Below, piece after piece: positions 38,829 to 49,427 of a DNA stretch of 64,000 nt (positions within the stretch are counted from its first letter, which is position 1; each line of letters starts with the position of its first letter). Source of the DNA: Candidatus Latescibacterota bacterium. GTDB taxonomy: Bacteria > Latescibacterota > UBA2968. The position numbers and the translations under genes were made by a program. A model generated the notes under the pieces. That model was not told where the DNA came from and made no database searches. It was given only the letters and a program-made list of their open reading frames with translations. The DNA is taken from positions 2,688,001-2,752,000 of the forward strand of contig OZ242010.1 in assembly GCA_965204745.1 (NCBI GenBank). The letters run 5' to 3'.

Positions 38829-39949
38829 GACATACCTTCGGGTTGAAAGTCTCGTACCGCGGCGATGACGCGCTCGAGTTCGCTTTGGGTCATGCTCGGG
38901 AACATGGGCAGGGTTATCAGTTGGGGCCACAGCGCGTCTGTGACCGGCAACGCCGTGCGGTAGGGGCGATACACGTCGAAGAGGTGGCAGGGTTTGTAAT
39001 GCACGCCCGAATCTATGCCGCGCTGTTCCAAGTGGTCGATGAGGCCGTCGCGCTGGGATGTGCGCGCTACATAGGCGTGCATCGCGCTGCGAACATCCGC
39101 TCGTTCCGTGGGCGTTTGCAACCAGTCGAGCGCGGCAAAGGCGCGTTCGTATTGCAAAAAGATCTCTCTGCGCTGGGCATTGGCGGATTCCAATTTGCCG
39201 AGTTGCACCAAGCCGATAGCCGCGTTGAGGTCGTTCATGTAGCATTTGTACCCGAGCTCGCCCACCTCGTATTCCCACCGCCGTGCCGTGCCGTTTTTCC
39301 GAAACCGGTCGTACGTGCCGCGGGAAATGCCCATCCAGCGCAATTTGCGTGCGCGATCCGCCAGGGCCGGGTCATTGGTGGTCAGGATCCCGCCGTCGCC
39401 GGTGGACAGGTTTTTGCGCGCGTCAAAGCTGAAGCACGTCAGGGTGCCCATGCCGCCGATCATGCGGTCTTTGTAGCGCGCCCCGCAGGCGTGTGCCGCA
39501 TCTTCCACGACGGGAATCCCGTGCGAATTTGCGAGGGCTAAGATCGCGTCCATGTCGCAGGGGTGTCCGGCAAAATGCACGACCATGATGGCGCGGGTGC
39601 GCGGGGTGATGCGCGCCGCTATGGCTTTGGGGTCGATGTTCAGGGTTTGCGGGTCGATGTCGCAAAACACGGGCGTGGCCTGATTTTGCAAAATGGCGTG
39701 GTTGGTCGAGACAAAGGTCATGGGCGTGGTGATGACCTCGCCACCTGCCACGTCGAGCGTTTTTAGGGCCAGCAAGAGCGCGGCAGAACACGAATTGACC
39801 GAGACCGCGTGGGACGCGCCGACGTAATGGGCAAATCGGGCTTCGAGTTCTTCGACCTTTTGCCCGGGGCCGACCCAGCCGGACAACAAGACCTCGCGCA
39901 CGGCTTCGACTTCTGCTTCGTCAAACCAAGGACGAAAAATGGGAATCAT
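38825..39949 (-). CDS. DegT/DnrJ sugar aminotransferase
   Basis: VEDAAHA, FSFDARKNLSTGDGG. Confidence 0.93.
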   Translation of the reverse strand: MIPIFRPWFDEAEVEAVREVLLSGWVGPGQKVEELEARFAHYVGASHAVSVNSCSAALLLALKTLDVAGGEVITTPMTFVSTNHAILQNQATPVFCDIDPQTLNIDPKAIAARITPRTRAIMVVHFAGHPCDMDAILALANSHGIPVVEDAAHACGARYKDRMIGGMGTLTCFSFDARKNLSTGDGGILTTNDPALADRARKLRWMGISRGTYDRFRKNGTARRWEYEVGELGYKCYMNDLNAAIGLVQLGKLESANAQRREIFLQYERAFAALDWLQTPTERADVRSAMHAYVARTSQRDGLIDHLEQRGIDSGVHYKPCHLFDVYRPYRTALPVTDALWPQLITLPMFPSMTQSELERVIAAVRDFQPEGMS

Positions 39950-40865
39950 GGACTTCCTCCACTGCACCGCGAGTCAAAACAAACCAATAGGCCCGCAAGC
40001 GCGCACGCGCCTCTGTGCGATAGCTGCGGACGATGAGAAATGCGCCTGCCCACAGCGCGGCGCGCAATGTCATTTCGATGGGGCGCAACGCGAGGAGCAC
40101 GCGCGATGCCCAGTGCCCCAGGTGTTTGCGAATAAAATAGGCATAAGACGCCTCGCTGACCACCAGCATGCGCGCCAAGGCGTGTTTGGCACTCTCGCCG
40201 CCGATGTGCGTGCCCGAGGCGTGTGGCAGGTACACGACTTGCCAGCCCGCGCGGTTGAGGCGCAGGCCCAGATCGACGTCTTCGTAATACATAAAAATGG
40301 CCTCGTCCAATCCATCGACCGCGGCGATGGCGCGGCGTCGCGCGGCAAAACACGCCCCGGTGACCCAATCCACGGGTTCGGGTTTGGCGGGGCTTCGGCG
40401 GCGAAAGTTAAGCAAGGGAAATAGCTTATGCAATAGGAATTTGCGGCAAATTTCACAAGCGAGCTTGGGCGCGTCCCCGCACGAGGCGATGGTGCGGCCG
40501 TCCGCGTCTTTTAGGCGCGGGCCGACCATGCCCACGGCGGGATGCGCGTCTAAAAATGCGATCATCGTTTTGACCGCGGCGGATTGCAGCGCGACGTCCG
40601 GGTTGAGGGCGATGACGATCTCGCTGTCGGACGCGACCAATCCCCGGTTGATGGCGCGGCCAAAACCCAGGTTTTCCCCGGTTTGCACCACGCGCACGCG
40701 ATCCCCGTCCGCGGCGAGGGCTGTTAGACTGTTGTCTGACGAGGCATTATCCACGATGAGGATGTCGAGTGCCACGCCGCGCTGATCGCGCAGGGCCGCG
40801 ACGCATTGGGCGAGACGCGCCCCGGCATTCCAGTTGACGACGATGGCTGTTGCGCGTTTAGGCAT
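39921..40865 (-). CDS. GT2 glycosyltransferase
   Basis: VDNASSD, NLGFG, LNPD, FMYYEDVD. Confidence 0.92.
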   Translation of the reverse strand: MPKRATAIVVNWNAGARLAQCVAALRDQRGVALDILIVDNASSDNSLTALAADGDRVRVVQTGENLGFGRAINRGLVASDSEIVIALNPDVALQSAAVKTMIAFLDAHPAVGMVGPRLKDADGRTIASCGDAPKLACEICRKFLLHKLFPLLNFRRRSPAKPEPVDWVTGACFAARRRAIAAVDGLDEAIFMYYEDVDLGLRLNRAGWQVVYLPHASGTHIGGESAKHALARMLVVSEASYAYFIRKHLGHWASRVLLALRPIEMTLRAALWAGAFLIVRSYRTEARARLRAYWFVLTRGAVEEVHDSHFSSLV

Positions 40866-42243
40866 GGTCGTTCTCCTGGGCGAACGCGCGGGCGACGAGT
40901 CCCAAAAATGTCGCGTGGATGAAGATCAGCCGATTGGAAAAGAGCGTGGAATCGGCCATGCCGTGGACGAGCAAGGCGGAGTAGATCGCGATAAATGCCG
41001 CGCAAAACAGGCGCGTGCGGGCATGGGCACTCCGTTGAAACAAGCGGTACGCGCAGCGCAGTGCCGCGACATAAACCCACAAAAACGCGGCGATGCCGAT
41101 GACGCCCATTCGCATGCCAATGGTCAAATACACATTGTCAACCCCGCCCACAGTCATCACCTCGGCCCTTGGAAACGTCACCAAAAACGTCACGGTTTGG
41201 CCGTGCCCGCCGCCGAGCAGAGGTCGTTGGCGAATATTTTCCACTGCCTTGCCATACGGCAACAACCGCCCGGCGATGGCTTCCGCGCTTTGCGTCACGC
41301 GATACCCCGCCACATCGCCCAAAGCCGTGCGCGTCTGGCGCTGAAAGACGTAGCCCATGGTCAGCAACAGCAGGGGAATGGCAGATACGACGACAAACCG
41401 CGACAGACGGCGGCCAGTTGCGCGCTCGTCCAACGCGATCAACCCGCCGAGAGCCATCAGCCCCACGAAGATCGAAATCCACATGCTACGCCCCACGGTC
41501 AAAAGCGATGCCAAGCCGATAGGCAGCATGGCGACGCAGGCCCATGCCCGTTTGTACGCGCGCGGTTCATAGGCCAAAATGGTCGCGACGAGCAGGACGC
41601 CCATGGGAAAGACGATGCCCTCGATGCGCGCGACGCGCACAAACCCACCCGCGATATCGGTATCCACCTCGAGAAAGAACTCGACCAAGTACTCGATGCC
41701 GACTATGGCGGCGATGAAGGTGAACAAGTACAAGAAGGTGGAAACGCGGCGCGAATCGAAGAACCACGTCACCGCAAAGAACAGCGCGTAGTACAGGGGA
41801 TAGCGCACGTCTCGCAGCATCTGCGAAACCGATTGCCCGTATATCAGGCCGATTACGCACGAGAAGACCACCAGGCCGAGCAAGACGCACATCGGGCGAT
41901 CCAATGCGGTGTGCTGTCGCCAATTCCATCGGCCTTCGGAGAAATACGCGAGGCCGGCCAGGCCCATGACGAGCGCGAAAAGCCCCTCGTAGAATTTGAA
42001 ATCCAGCGGCAAGAGGAGATAATCTTCGTAAAACCAGGTGGGCACGACCGCGGCCACAAAGCACAAGTAGAGTACGGACAGGGTGATCGACCCGAACAGC
42101 GCGACCAAAGAGATCAGGGCCAACACGCAGATCACCGGGAGGATTGTCGAGATGAAAAAGGACGCGGCGATCAATGCGAGTTGCAAGGCACAGACGGCCC
42201 ACAACAAGGGCGCGTGGCGCGGATGGATGGCTTCAGCACGCAT
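40858..42243 (-). CDS. O-antigen ligase/polymerase-like membrane protein
   Basis: Multi-TM; GRSMW, RPLLGGG.G, DNVYL. Confidence 0.75.
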   Translation of the reverse strand: MRAEAIHPRHAPLLWAVCALQLALIAASFFISTILPVICVLALISLVALFGSITLSVLYLCFVAAVVPTWFYEDYLLLPLDFKFYEGLFALVMGLAGLAYFSEGRWNWRQHTALDRPMCVLLGLVVFSCVIGLIYGQSVSQMLRDVRYPLYYALFFAVTWFFDSRRVSTFLYLFTFIAAIVGIEYLVEFFLEVDTDIAGGFVRVARIEGIVFPMGVLLVATILAYEPRAYKRAWACVAMLPIGLASLLTVGRSMWISIFVGLMALGGLIALDERATGRRLSRFVVVSAIPLLLLTMGYVFQRQTRTALGDVAGYRVTQSAEAIAGRLLPYGKAVENIRQRPLLGGGHGQTVTFLVTFPRAEVMTVGGVDNVYLTIGMRMGVIGIAAFLWVYVAALRCAYRLFQRSAHARTRLFCAAFIAIYSALLVHGMADSTLFSNRLIFIHATFLGLVARAFAQENDHA

Positions 42244-43414
42244 GTGGTTTTCCCATTCGGTTGACCAAGACCCAGGCCGCAGGCGCGCACAGGATCGCAT
42301 CTATGGGCAGGCGAAAGCGCGTGTGGGCAAAAAATACCATGTGCAGGGCGGACATGCAAATCACCAGCGAGACGATGCCCATACCTGCAACCGTGCGGCG
42401 TTGGCAGTACGCGCCTGCGAGGCCGAGTAACAGGACCGGGCCGCAGGACAGCGCGGCGACCACCGTGCGTACTGGCGATTCGCCCGGTACCCAGGGGCAC
42501 CAAAAATAGAAGAGTTTGTCGATGCACAAGCGCAGGTAGTGCAGGGGATTGTGCGCGATCCAACCCAAGACGATGCCCGCCACTTTGCGGTCCGCGGCTA
42601 CGGCGTGAGACGTATCGGCAAGGGTGTGATACTGTGCCAAATAGTCGATCCGATTGTCGTAATACCCGCGGCCTTGGGGATGCGCGCCCACGAGCAAGTT
42701 GATCCCCAGATTGGCGGAGATGGGCACTATATCGCCGGACAGGGCGTCGTTGCGCGCGGTCCACGGCGCGATGACCGCGATGACCGCGCCGATGACGACC
42801 GCGACGCGCGCGGCTTTTTGGACGTGGGGCAGGTGAGAGTGCCATGCCCATACCGAGAGCACGGGCAAGAGCCACGGCAATAAGACCGGTTTGCACAGCG
42901 CGGATAAGCCCACCGCGCCGCCAAATGCCATGGCCCGCAGGTGTGTGCTTTGCTGCGAAAACCGGAGGTAGCCCACGAAGCTAACGGTGGTCAAGAAGAC
43001 CAACAGGGTTTCGGCCATGAGCACGGCAGGGAAGAATACGAACAGGGGATAGATGGCGAACAAGGCCGCGCCCACGAGTCCGACTCGGGCATTGCCCCGG
43101 CCCATTTTGCAACCGATGAGGAAGATGAGCCAGCAGGTTATCGCGCCTATGACCGCTTGCGCGATCCGCACGATAGCAGGCGCGTGCCCGAACATCCGAT
43201 AGATGCCCGCGAGGAACAAGCCGTATAGCGGCGGGCGATACATCCCGGTATCCGGATGCAAGACGCCCAGCGCGAGATAGGCTTTTCCCAAGGCATCCCA
43301 ATGCCGCTCGTCAGATGCCTGCGTCAAATCGGATTGCGTCAGGCCAAATCCCACGCGCAAGAGCAACGCGACAGCGAGGATGAGATACAGGCCCTGGCGA
43401 TGGGTCATTGTCAT
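42233..43414 (-). CDS. ArnT/PMT (GT-C) family glycosyltransferase
   Basis: DERHWD, RPPLY, PWTARN, RFRLP; multi-TM. Confidence 0.8.
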   Translation of the reverse strand: MTMTHRQGLYLILAVALLLRVGFGLTQSDLTQASDERHWDALGKAYLALGVLHPDTGMYRPPLYGLFLAGIYRMFGHAPAIVRIAQAVIGAITCWLIFLIGCKMGRGNARVGLVGAALFAIYPLFVFFPAVLMAETLLVFLTTVSFVGYLRFSQQSTHLRAMAFGGAVGLSALCKPVLLPWLLPVLSVWAWHSHLPHVQKAARVAVVIGAVIAVIAPWTARNDALSGDIVPISANLGINLLVGAHPQGRGYYDNRIDYLAQYHTLADTSHAVAADRKVAGIVLGWIAHNPLHYLRLCIDKLFYFWCPWVPGESPVRTVVAALSCGPVLLLGLAGAYCQRRTVAGMGIVSLVICMSALHMVFFAHTRFRLPIDAILCAPAAWVLVNRMGKPHAC

Positions 43415-43444
43415 GTCCTTCCAAAGAACGCCGACTGCTCGCGA

Positions 43445-43498
43445 GTCAGTTGTCAGTTGTCAGTTGTCAGTTGTCAGTTGTCAGTTGTCAGTTGTCAG
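43445..43498. repeat. Heptamer repeat (GTCAGTT)n
   Basis: Direct reading. Confidence 0.9.
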
Positions 43499-43997
43499 TA
43501 GGTTGTGTTGACATTTACGAGCAGAGCAACTGGCTTGAGCGGTTTATCGAGAAAATCAAGCCCTATCGCAGAATATTCTCTCGGTTTGAGAAACTCGGAC
43601 AGTCGCTCCTTCATCTTTCTCGCTTTTGCTACCACGCTCATCGTATTCACGGACGTTCCGCAGTTCAAAGAAGCCATGGCAACCATGCCCTCGCAAAAGA
43701 CCATTCGATAAAGCCATCACGCACAGCGCGCAAGTCCGTTTCGCAACCAACATCCATTATGCAACCCACTTTGCAGGCTGGCGCATGTCGTGCGATTACA
43801 AAAGCGCTTTGCGCTGTGCAAGCCTCTCGGCGTTTGAGAGCGGCATTTTTTGCTTACTTTTTTTTGCTGTTGAAAAAAAGTAAGTCGCCGAAGGCATCGG
43901 AGGCAACCAACGAGGCTGTAGGACCAAACGCATTAAATGAGCAAGCAACACATTTGCTAATCTGTGCATAATGTCAAAAAAATGTCAACACGACCTA
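43499..43997 (+). mobile_element. IS5-derived non-autonomous element
   Basis: TIRs TAGGTTGTGTTGACATT / AATGTCAACACGACCTA; transposase remnant ERFIEKIKPYRRIFSRFEK; partial copy at 53790-54170. Confidence 0.75.
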
Positions 43998-44059
43998 GTC
44001 AGGCGCGACCAGGCACGGGGGCCTGTCCCTACAAGTTGATGGGGCAGTTCGTCGATTCG

Positions 44060-45682
44060 TCAATAAAAATTCACATCCACCGTCGCCACCCACTCGTGGC
44101 CCACTGCATTGCCGCGTCCGCTGGGCAGAATGATATTTTTCCCCGCTTGGCGCGTATAGCGCGTTTGCAAAACCCAATTCCTCACCGGCGCGTATTCGAT
44201 GCGGATGGTGATTTTTGTGCGCGTTTCCACATCGCCGGACAGGAAGGCCCGCGTCTGGGCGTCTTGTAGTCGCCGTCCCAGTTGGGCGTCGCCTCCCACA
44301 TTGACCACTGTGCCATCTGGGTTGACGGGATTTTCGCCTTGGCGTTCGCGTTCAAACGCGAGGGATGCGCGCAACGATGGGGAAAACCGATGGGTGACTT
44401 GCCCAAACCAGCGGTCCGCATTTGGCCCGGTGGGATAGCCCAACAGGGCATCGTGGTGCTCATACGTGTTGATGTCGAAATTGTGGGCGTACACAAATGG
44501 CTCGACGCGGGCGTATTCAGCGCGTAGATCCGTGTCGCGCAGGCCCGGGGGATCGACCCAGAACGCGCCCAGTTGCAGGGCGAATTGGTTGGCAAACGCG
44601 CTGGGATCAAATTTGACCATATCGTCCAAAAACCACGCGGCATAGACTTCCAAGCCCGGGCGCGGGCGGGCGGATATGTCGCCGCCGATGACGAGATTGT
44701 CTCGGTTGCCCAAGTGATTTTGCGCGCCTGCAAACACGGTCACCGGCAAAACGTAGAGCGGTTCAAAGCCCCGGTCCCCGTACACCACAGCCTCGTGCAA
44801 CCCGATGCGTAGCTTTGAAAACGCGATCTCCAAGCGGTGCGCGGCCAGTCGCTTTTGGCGCGGAAAGATCCGCACATGCCCATTGTCGATCCACCGGCGC
44901 GTGGTGTCGATCAGCCCGTCTCGCGCTCGCAATGACGCCGCGACATGCGTGTAGTGCAAGCGGCGGTAGGATGCGCGCAAGCGAAAGAGGCCGTAAGACG
45001 GCGCGCGGTTGGAGAGCAGCAAATTGCCCGTGCGCCCGGGGCCCCAGTCCAGGCTACCCTTGCCCGCGTCCAAGCGGATCCAGGAATTGGCCCATGCGAG
45101 TTGAAACGCGCTTTCGCGGAAGTCCGCTTTGTTGCCCTTGAGTTGCGCGTCTTCAATGGGTCGGGCGAGTACGTGTTCGCGGGTCAGGCGCGGGTGGTCG
45201 CTCCATTCGCGGGCTTCGTAATGCCGTGCGTAAAATCCCAAGGCGTGGAATCGCCCGCGCACTGCGCCGCCCAAATAGGTCTGTGACGCGGTTTCGTTGA
45301 CGAATGCCGCGCCCCTGCGCGCGATCACCCGTTGCCTCATCAGGGGTTCGAGAATGACCGCGACCGCTGAATCGCGCCATGCCCAGCGGGGTTCGCGTGC
45401 AAAGGCCGCGTGCCCGGCCAATTCGGCAATGTACCGCTCGACCGTGCCGCGCTCGGTGGTGGACAGCGGTTGGTGAGACGCGGTTGCGAGCAGGCGTGCG
45501 ACCTGCCTTCGGGTCAGGGGGCGCGTATCGGGCACGGATATCCACCCCCGTGCGTCCATGCGATCCAGCAGGCGGTACGCGGGATGGTGCAATGGGAGAT
45601 CGGGCGATGCGCCCAGCGCGGGGCTGACCGCGCAAAAAAACAGCGCGATGCGCGTGAGGAGATGGGATAAGGATTCGGACAT
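44060..45682 (-). CDS. Capsule assembly Wzi-like outer-membrane beta-barrel protein
   Basis: Signal peptide, WGPG..GNLLLSN.AP, LAAHRLE, terminal aromatic residue. Confidence 0.75.
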   Translation of the reverse strand: MSESLSHLLTRIALFFCAVSPALGASPDLPLHHPAYRLLDRMDARGWISVPDTRPLTRRQVARLLATASHQPLSTTERGTVERYIAELAGHAAFAREPRWAWRDSAVAVILEPLMRQRVIARRGAAFVNETASQTYLGGAVRGRFHALGFYARHYEAREWSDHPRLTREHVLARPIEDAQLKGNKADFRESAFQLAWANSWIRLDAGKGSLDWGPGRTGNLLLSNRAPSYGLFRLRASYRRLHYTHVAASLRARDGLIDTTRRWIDNGHVRIFPRQKRLAAHRLEIAFSKLRIGLHEAVVYGDRGFEPLYVLPVTVFAGAQNHLGNRDNLVIGGDISARPRPGLEVYAAWFLDDMVKFDPSAFANQFALQLGAFWVDPPGLRDTDLRAEYARVEPFVYAHNFDINTYEHHDALLGYPTGPNADRWFGQVTHRFSPSLRASLAFERERQGENPVNPDGTVVNVGGDAQLGRRLQDAQTRAFLSGDVETRTKITIRIEYAPVRNWVLQTRYTRQAGKNIILPSGRGNAVGHEWVATVDVNFY

Positions 45683-45785
45683 TTTTTTTTAATTTGCCAC
45701 GGAAAGCACGAGTGGGGTACAACGGACCGCTTTTCAGATCAGTTCATCAACGAAGTGCATCGGGTTTTGGGGCAAATGGGCGGGG

Positions 45786-45871
45786 ACTGACTACTGACCA
45801 CTGACTACTGACCACTGACTACTGACCACTGACTACTGACCACTGACTACTGACTACTGACCACTGACCAC
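45786..45871. repeat. Heptamer repeat (ACTGACT/ACTGACC)n
   Basis: Direct reading. Confidence 0.92.
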
Positions 45872-46047
45872 TTGTTCGTCCATTCGCACTTTTTGTCGCG
45901 TATTCTGATCTGTTCTGAATTTGGGTCAAAGCGCGGGGATTGTCAAGTATCATGACTTTTTGGGCCTTTTAATCCCCCTTGACTTTGCACGGGCAATGGG
46001 CTATTTTCCGTGCCCTGTAAGCGGGATTTGACACGGAATTAGAGACG

Positions 46048-46746
46048 ATGCTTGCGATAGTAAAAAACGCCTCTGCGTGCGAGGATTGCGGCCTGTGTTC
46101 TGCCGGGCAAAATGGCGATGCCATCGACCGCATTGCGCGAGAAGTCGCGTGCCAGATACGCGGGCAGACCGGGGAGGAGATTCCCATTTCCGTGGGGGTT
46201 TCGGCGCGGCATGCCCATGTGAACGATGAGACGCTCGATATTCTCTTTGGGCCGGGGCACGCGCTAACGCCCTACCGCGAACTCTACCAGCCCGGCGCGT
46301 TTGCAGCCGAGGAGGTCATTGCCGTGGTCGGCCCTCGGTTGCGTGCGATTGAGCGCGTGCGTATTCTCGGCCCCAGCCGCGGCTACAATCAGGTCGAACT
46401 CGCCAGAACAGACGCGATTTTTCTCGGGGTTGATCCACCGGTGCGCGATTCGGGAGATCTCGCAGGGGCCGAGTCCGTCACGTTTATCGGCCCCAAGGGC
46501 GCGGTGACGGTCGATGCGGCCATTCGCGCGACGCGCCACATTCACCTGCGCCCAGAGGATGTTGCGAATTTTGGCTTTGAGGGGCGAGCGTCCGTGCGCG
46601 TGAGCGTGAGGGGCGAAAAGGGCGTTACGTATGAGAATGTGCGCCTCAAAGTCGACGCGAGCTATTTGCCCGAACTCCATCTGGATACAGACGACGCCAA
46701 TGCCGCGGATCTCGTGTGCGGCGATACGGTGTATATTTTGACATAG
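46048..46746 (+). CDS. pduL: Phosphate propanoyltransferase (BMC phosphotransacylase)
   Basis: VSARHAH, LYQPG.FA, RILGP.R, RHIH, LHLDTDDANA. Confidence 0.93.
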   Translation: MLAIVKNASACEDCGLCSAGQNGDAIDRIAREVACQIRGQTGEEIPISVGVSARHAHVNDETLDILFGPGHALTPYRELYQPGAFAAEEVIAVVGPRLRAIERVRILGPSRGYNQVELARTDAIFLGVDPPVRDSGDLAGAESVTFIGPKGAVTVDAAIRATRHIHLRPEDVANFGFEGRASVRVSVRGEKGVTYENVRLKVDASYLPELHLDTDDANAADLVCGDTVYILT

Positions 46747-46900
46747 ACTGAAACGCACATGCGAATCGACGAATTAGCTGACCACTGCTTTGGGGTTGGG
46801 TGCGAAGACGAGCACAGGGGCCTGTCCCTGCGATTGATGAGGCCGGGCGAGGGAACTGACCACTGACCACTTGGTGGTCGGGTCGGGCGAGGGCTATCAC

Positions 46901-48478
46901 ATGTCCATGATGACCAAAAGTTTGGTGGCAGTATGGGATTCGCTTCGGAGCAGAAAAGCCCAGCAAAGCGACTTCCTCGACGAAGTTCGCCTCAACAATT
47001 TGCGCGGCATCAGGGGCCTTCGCGTGCCTTTTGACTACCCGGTTTCCGTGCTCGCCGGCCCGAATGGATGTGGCAAATCAACCGTTCTCTTTGCCTGCGC
47101 CGCAGCCTACAAACCGAAAGACCAGGGGGTGCGCGCTTTTACGCCCGCCACTTTGTTCCCCGGTTTTACCGATACACGCGACGGCGTGCGCTCGGATATG
47201 AGGGGCGAAACTTCCCTCGAGTTCTACTATTTGGCCGGAGGCAAGCGGTATGCCATGGAGTGGAAAAGGAGAAAGACATGGGGGAAAAACTTCATGGGAC
47301 GCAAGGGCGTCAGGCAACCCGAAAGAACGCTCTATCTCCGCACCTTGACCACCTTGACCAACCCTTCTGAAGTGAGAGGCATTTTGCAACTGAGCCGAAG
47401 GCAGTTTGAGGCCGAGGAAATCACTGCCGAACAGTTGCTTTTCGCCCACCGCATTCTACCGCAACGCTACCGCGATGTCTCGTTGATTCGCGCAAAAAAC
47501 CGCGACTTGCTCTTTGCGGGCCTCGAAGGCCACCAGGCGGTGAAATACTCGGAGTTCCACATGTCGGCGGGAGAAAGGGCCATCTTACGCATATCCAAGG
47601 ACATATCCCACCTGAAGGGCGCGCTGATTCTCATTGACGAAGTAGAAGCCGGGCTCCATCCCTATACGCAACAACAGATCATGTTGGAACTTCAGCGCAT
47701 TGCCCTGCGGAACGATTTGCAGATTATTGTGACTTCTCACAGCCCTGTCGTGTTGGATAGCGTCCCACCAGAGGCCAGGCTTTTTTTTCAACGCGATGCA
47801 CAAACCTTGGATGTCGTGCGCCTGCCCGCGTATCGAGATATTTTTCAAAAAGCCCTGTACGGACAGTCCACAGATCGGCTCTCCATTCTCTGCGAAGACG
47901 AGGTCGCCGAGGGGGTGATCCTCGGCGCGCTAGATGTATTGAACCACAAAATCGGCACGCGCCACGACGATTTCAGCATTGGAAGAGATACGGGAAGCGA
48001 TGAATTTAAGGCGCACATCCACACCCTCGGGAAGATCAAAGCACTGGCCGACTTCGTCTTTGTGTTAGACGGAGATGCACGCGCCCACGCGCCCGCCTTG
48101 CAAAGCATCGCGACGCAATACGGTCACAGCATAGAGCCGATTTTCCTTCCCGGGATATCCTCCCCGGAAAATTGGCTGTGGGAGACCATCCAAAGAAATT
48201 CCGAAACCTACGCCAGTGAATTTGGCCTGCCTGCAAATGCTTTGGATCAGAGGTTGTCGGCTATCGAACAGACCTTTTCGGGAGATCCAAATGTGCGGTC
48301 ACAGGATATTCCAAAAGCGAAATTGGCGATCCTCGCCGATGAATTGAATCGATCCGCGCCCGAGGTCGCGAGGATCGTCGGAAAATTGGAAACGGAGCAG
48401 AATGGGAAAACGATCAGCGAGTTCCGCATTGGGCTCGAAGAACAGATCAATTCATGGCGACAGCTCGGGACGCGCTAA
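46901..48478 (+). CDS. ABC/AAA_21 ATPase fused to TOPRIM-like domain (OLD/PARIS-like)
   Basis: GPNGCGKS, MSAGE, LIDEVEAGLHP, TSHS; CEDEVA and VLDGD TOPRIM motifs. Confidence 0.8.
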   Translation: MSMMTKSLVAVWDSLRSRKAQQSDFLDEVRLNNLRGIRGLRVPFDYPVSVLAGPNGCGKSTVLFACAAAYKPKDQGVRAFTPATLFPGFTDTRDGVRSDMRGETSLEFYYLAGGKRYAMEWKRRKTWGKNFMGRKGVRQPERTLYLRTLTTLTNPSEVRGILQLSRRQFEAEEITAEQLLFAHRILPQRYRDVSLIRAKNRDLLFAGLEGHQAVKYSEFHMSAGERAILRISKDISHLKGALILIDEVEAGLHPYTQQQIMLELQRIALRNDLQIIVTSHSPVVLDSVPPEARLFFQRDAQTLDVVRLPAYRDIFQKALYGQSTDRLSILCEDEVAEGVILGALDVLNHKIGTRHDDFSIGRDTGSDEFKAHIHTLGKIKALADFVFVLDGDARAHAPALQSIATQYGHSIEPIFLPGISSPENWLWETIQRNSETYASEFGLPANALDQRLSAIEQTFSGDPNVRSQDIPKAKLAILADELNRSAPEVARIVGKLETEQNGKTISEFRIGLEEQINSWRQLGTR

Positions 48479-48519
48479 GATGCAACGCGAACAGGGACAT
48501 AATGCAACTGGAGTTGAAA

Positions 48520-48795
48520 ATGGCTTCAGCACTTGGCATGATCGAAACACTCGGGGTTATTGGCACAACAGAGGCGGCGGATGCGATGGTCAAGACCGCG
48601 GGTGTCGCCATTGAAAGATACGAAAAAATCGGCGCGGGATATACGACCACGCTCGTGCGCGGGGATGTGGGTGCGGTTCGCGCAGCCATTGAAGCGGGCA
48701 CAAACGCGGCCAAACGGGTCGGGGATCTCGTGGCCGTTCACGTCATTCCAAATCTCGACCCACAAGTCGATGCGGTTGTTTTTCAGACACGATAA
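48520..48795 (+). CDS. BMC-H shell protein
   Basis: ALGMIET.G...[17 protein letters not shown]. Confidence 0.95.
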   Translation: MASALGMIETLGVIGTTEAADAMVKTAGVAIERYEKIGAGYTTTLVRGDVGAVRAAIEAGTNAAKRVGDLVAVHVIPNLDPQVDAVVFQTR

Positions 48796-48812
48796 TCAGG
48801 AGGAATTGCAAC

Positions 48813-49100
48813 ATGGGTGAAGCCCTCGGCATGATCGAAACCAAAGGTCTCGTCGCGATGATCGAAGCGGCAGACGCGATGGTCAAAGCCGCCAATGTCC
48901 AATTTGTCAACTGGGAGCGCATTGGCGCGGGATATGTCACCGCGATGGTGCGCGGCGATGTGGCAGCGGTGAAAGCCGCGACCGAAGCAGGCGCCGCCGC
49001 GGCCGGCAAGGTTGGCGAACTCGTTTCCGTTCACGTCATTCCAAGGCCGCACGGCAGTCTGGAAAATGTGCTGCCCATTGGCGCGTCTTCAGACGATTAG
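48813..49100 (+). CDS. BMC-H shell protein (EutM/PduA-like)
   Basis: [25 protein letters not shown]. Confidence 0.97.
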   Translation: MGEALGMIETKGLVAMIEAADAMVKAANVQFVNWERIGAGYVTAMVRGDVAAVKAATEAGAAAAGKVGELVSVHVIPRPHGSLENVLPIGASSDD

Positions 49101-49103
49101 ACC

Positions 49104-49394
49104 ATGACCCTCGGCAAAGTGGTGGGAACAGTGGTCGCCACGCAAAAAGACAGTGGTTTGGACGGGTTTAAGCTCCAAATCGTCCAAACCCTGGATTTGC
49201 CCTCGCTCGAACCCAAAGCGAGTTTTGTGGTGGCCGTGGATGCCGTGGGCGCAGGCGATGGAGAAGTCGTGCTCTGTTGCAGCGGGAGTTCTGCGCGCAT
49301 GACGAGCGCGACTGAAAATCGCCCTGTTGACGCGGTCATCGTGGCGATTGTTGACGCGGCGGAAATCGAAGGCGAAGCGGTTTATCGCAAGTAG
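49104..49394 (+). CDS. BMC-P (EutN/CcmL) vertex protein
   Basis: GKVVGTVVATQK, AVDAVGAG.GE, DAVIVAIVD. Confidence 0.95.
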   Translation: MTLGKVVGTVVATQKDSGLDGFKLQIVQTLDLPSLEPKASFVVAVDAVGAGDGEVVLCCSGSSARMTSATENRPVDAVIVAIVDAAEIEGEAVYRK

Positions 49395-49427
49395 GGGTCC
49401 GCAAGACGAACCGAAAGGAGGCGCGCT

